From NCBI GenBank assembly GCA_973895155.1, contig OZ316896.1, positions 18,836,754 to 18,900,753 on the forward strand: a DNA stretch of 64,000 nt, given 5' to 3'. The position numbers and the translations under genes were made by a program. The DNA is from Marsupella aquatica. Taxonomy: Eukaryota; Plantae; Marchantiophyta. Under the pieces are notes generated by a model. The model was not told the origin of the DNA. It ran no database searches and worked only from the letters and a program-made list of their open reading frames with translations. Each line of letters starts with the position of its first letter. Positions within the stretch are counted from its first letter, which is position 1. Positions 63,442 through 64,000 of the stretch are shown piece after piece.

Positions 63442-64000
63442 TCATTCAACTCTAGACATGGTCTCCAAATAAGTATCCAAAGCTTGTTTATCAACTCGAT
63501 CTATCACATACACTAAACCAATCCCTTGTTTCATGGTTAAAGTAACATTAGTCATCACCATTTCTATATCAATCCATTGTAAATCAGTTGTATCATAAGT
63601 GAATTCAACTTTGCTTGAGCTTGTTGGCTTATACCAATTGAACAAGAACTGACAAATACTCCCTACGTGTCCATGAGGAGGTGTTGGTCTATCAAGCAAA
63701 TCAATAGCAGATCTCACTCTAGTCCATTGTCCTTTAACTTTTTGTCTCATCATCATAATCCGACCAAGCCAAAATTCTTTCTTTGCTTGCACTACTGGCT
63801 CTTGAATCCTAGATTTACCTCTTCCCTTACCTTTCCCCTTTTTTGATCTTGTAGAAGGGCCTGCATCATTAGCACTTTCAAATGCTACTCCACAATCACT
63901 CCCAACATCAACAAAACAAGTCACAGTATTCGGATCACATTGTTTCCTCTTACCAAGATTATAGTATGCCACTTGCTTCACCCTTGTCAGCCTATCTTTA
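63442..64000 (-). CDS. C-terminal part of an uncharacterised, probably transposon-associated protein (continues beyond the window)
   Basis: At least 179 codons are open in an AT-rich TE context, with a basic NLS-like RSKKGKGKGRGK and a globular beta-rich region FWLGRI...NWYK...YDTTDLQWID. Confidence 0.45.
   Translation of the reverse strand, partial: KDRLTRVKQVAYYNLGKRKQCDPNTVTCFVDVGSDCGVAFESANDAGPSTRSKKGKGKGRGKSRIQEPVVQAKKEFWLGRIMMMRQKVKGQWTRVRSAIDLLDRPTPPHGHVGSICQFLFNWYKPTSSSKVEFTYDTTDLQWIDIEMVMTNVTLTMKQGIGLVYVIDRVDKQALDTYLETMSRVE

Overview
This is eukaryotic land-plant nuclear DNA. It is most consistent with a liverwort or other bryophyte, inferred from the centrin-3-type gene, intron style and F-box/kelch relics; the species cannot be established from sequence alone. 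Intact genes: a spliced cysteine-type LRR (FBXL-like) gene, intronless exocyst SEC15, a coding-intronless cytosolic enolase, a 6-exon CETN3/Cdc31-type centrin, 5-exon RAR1 (two CHORD domains), a coiled-coil + DUF3444 protein with no J-domain, two tandemly duplicated secreted GPI-anchored AG-peptide-like genes, and a GNS1/SUR4 (ELO) elongase. RNA genes: tRNA-Cys(GCA), U4 snRNA about 290 bp downstream of it, and tRNA-Gly(CCC). Intergenic DNA holds decayed F-box/kelch genes, a CRE-type retroelement 3' fragment, several MITEs, a non-autonomous Helitron-like family carrying an internal minisatellite, and many short tandem duplications. I cannot demonstrate a new biological system here. The best leads are the duplicated GPI-anchored peptide genes, the extended divergent centrin-3, the J-less DUF3444 protein, the intronless enolase, the tRNA-U4 cluster and the minisatellite-bearing Helitrons.
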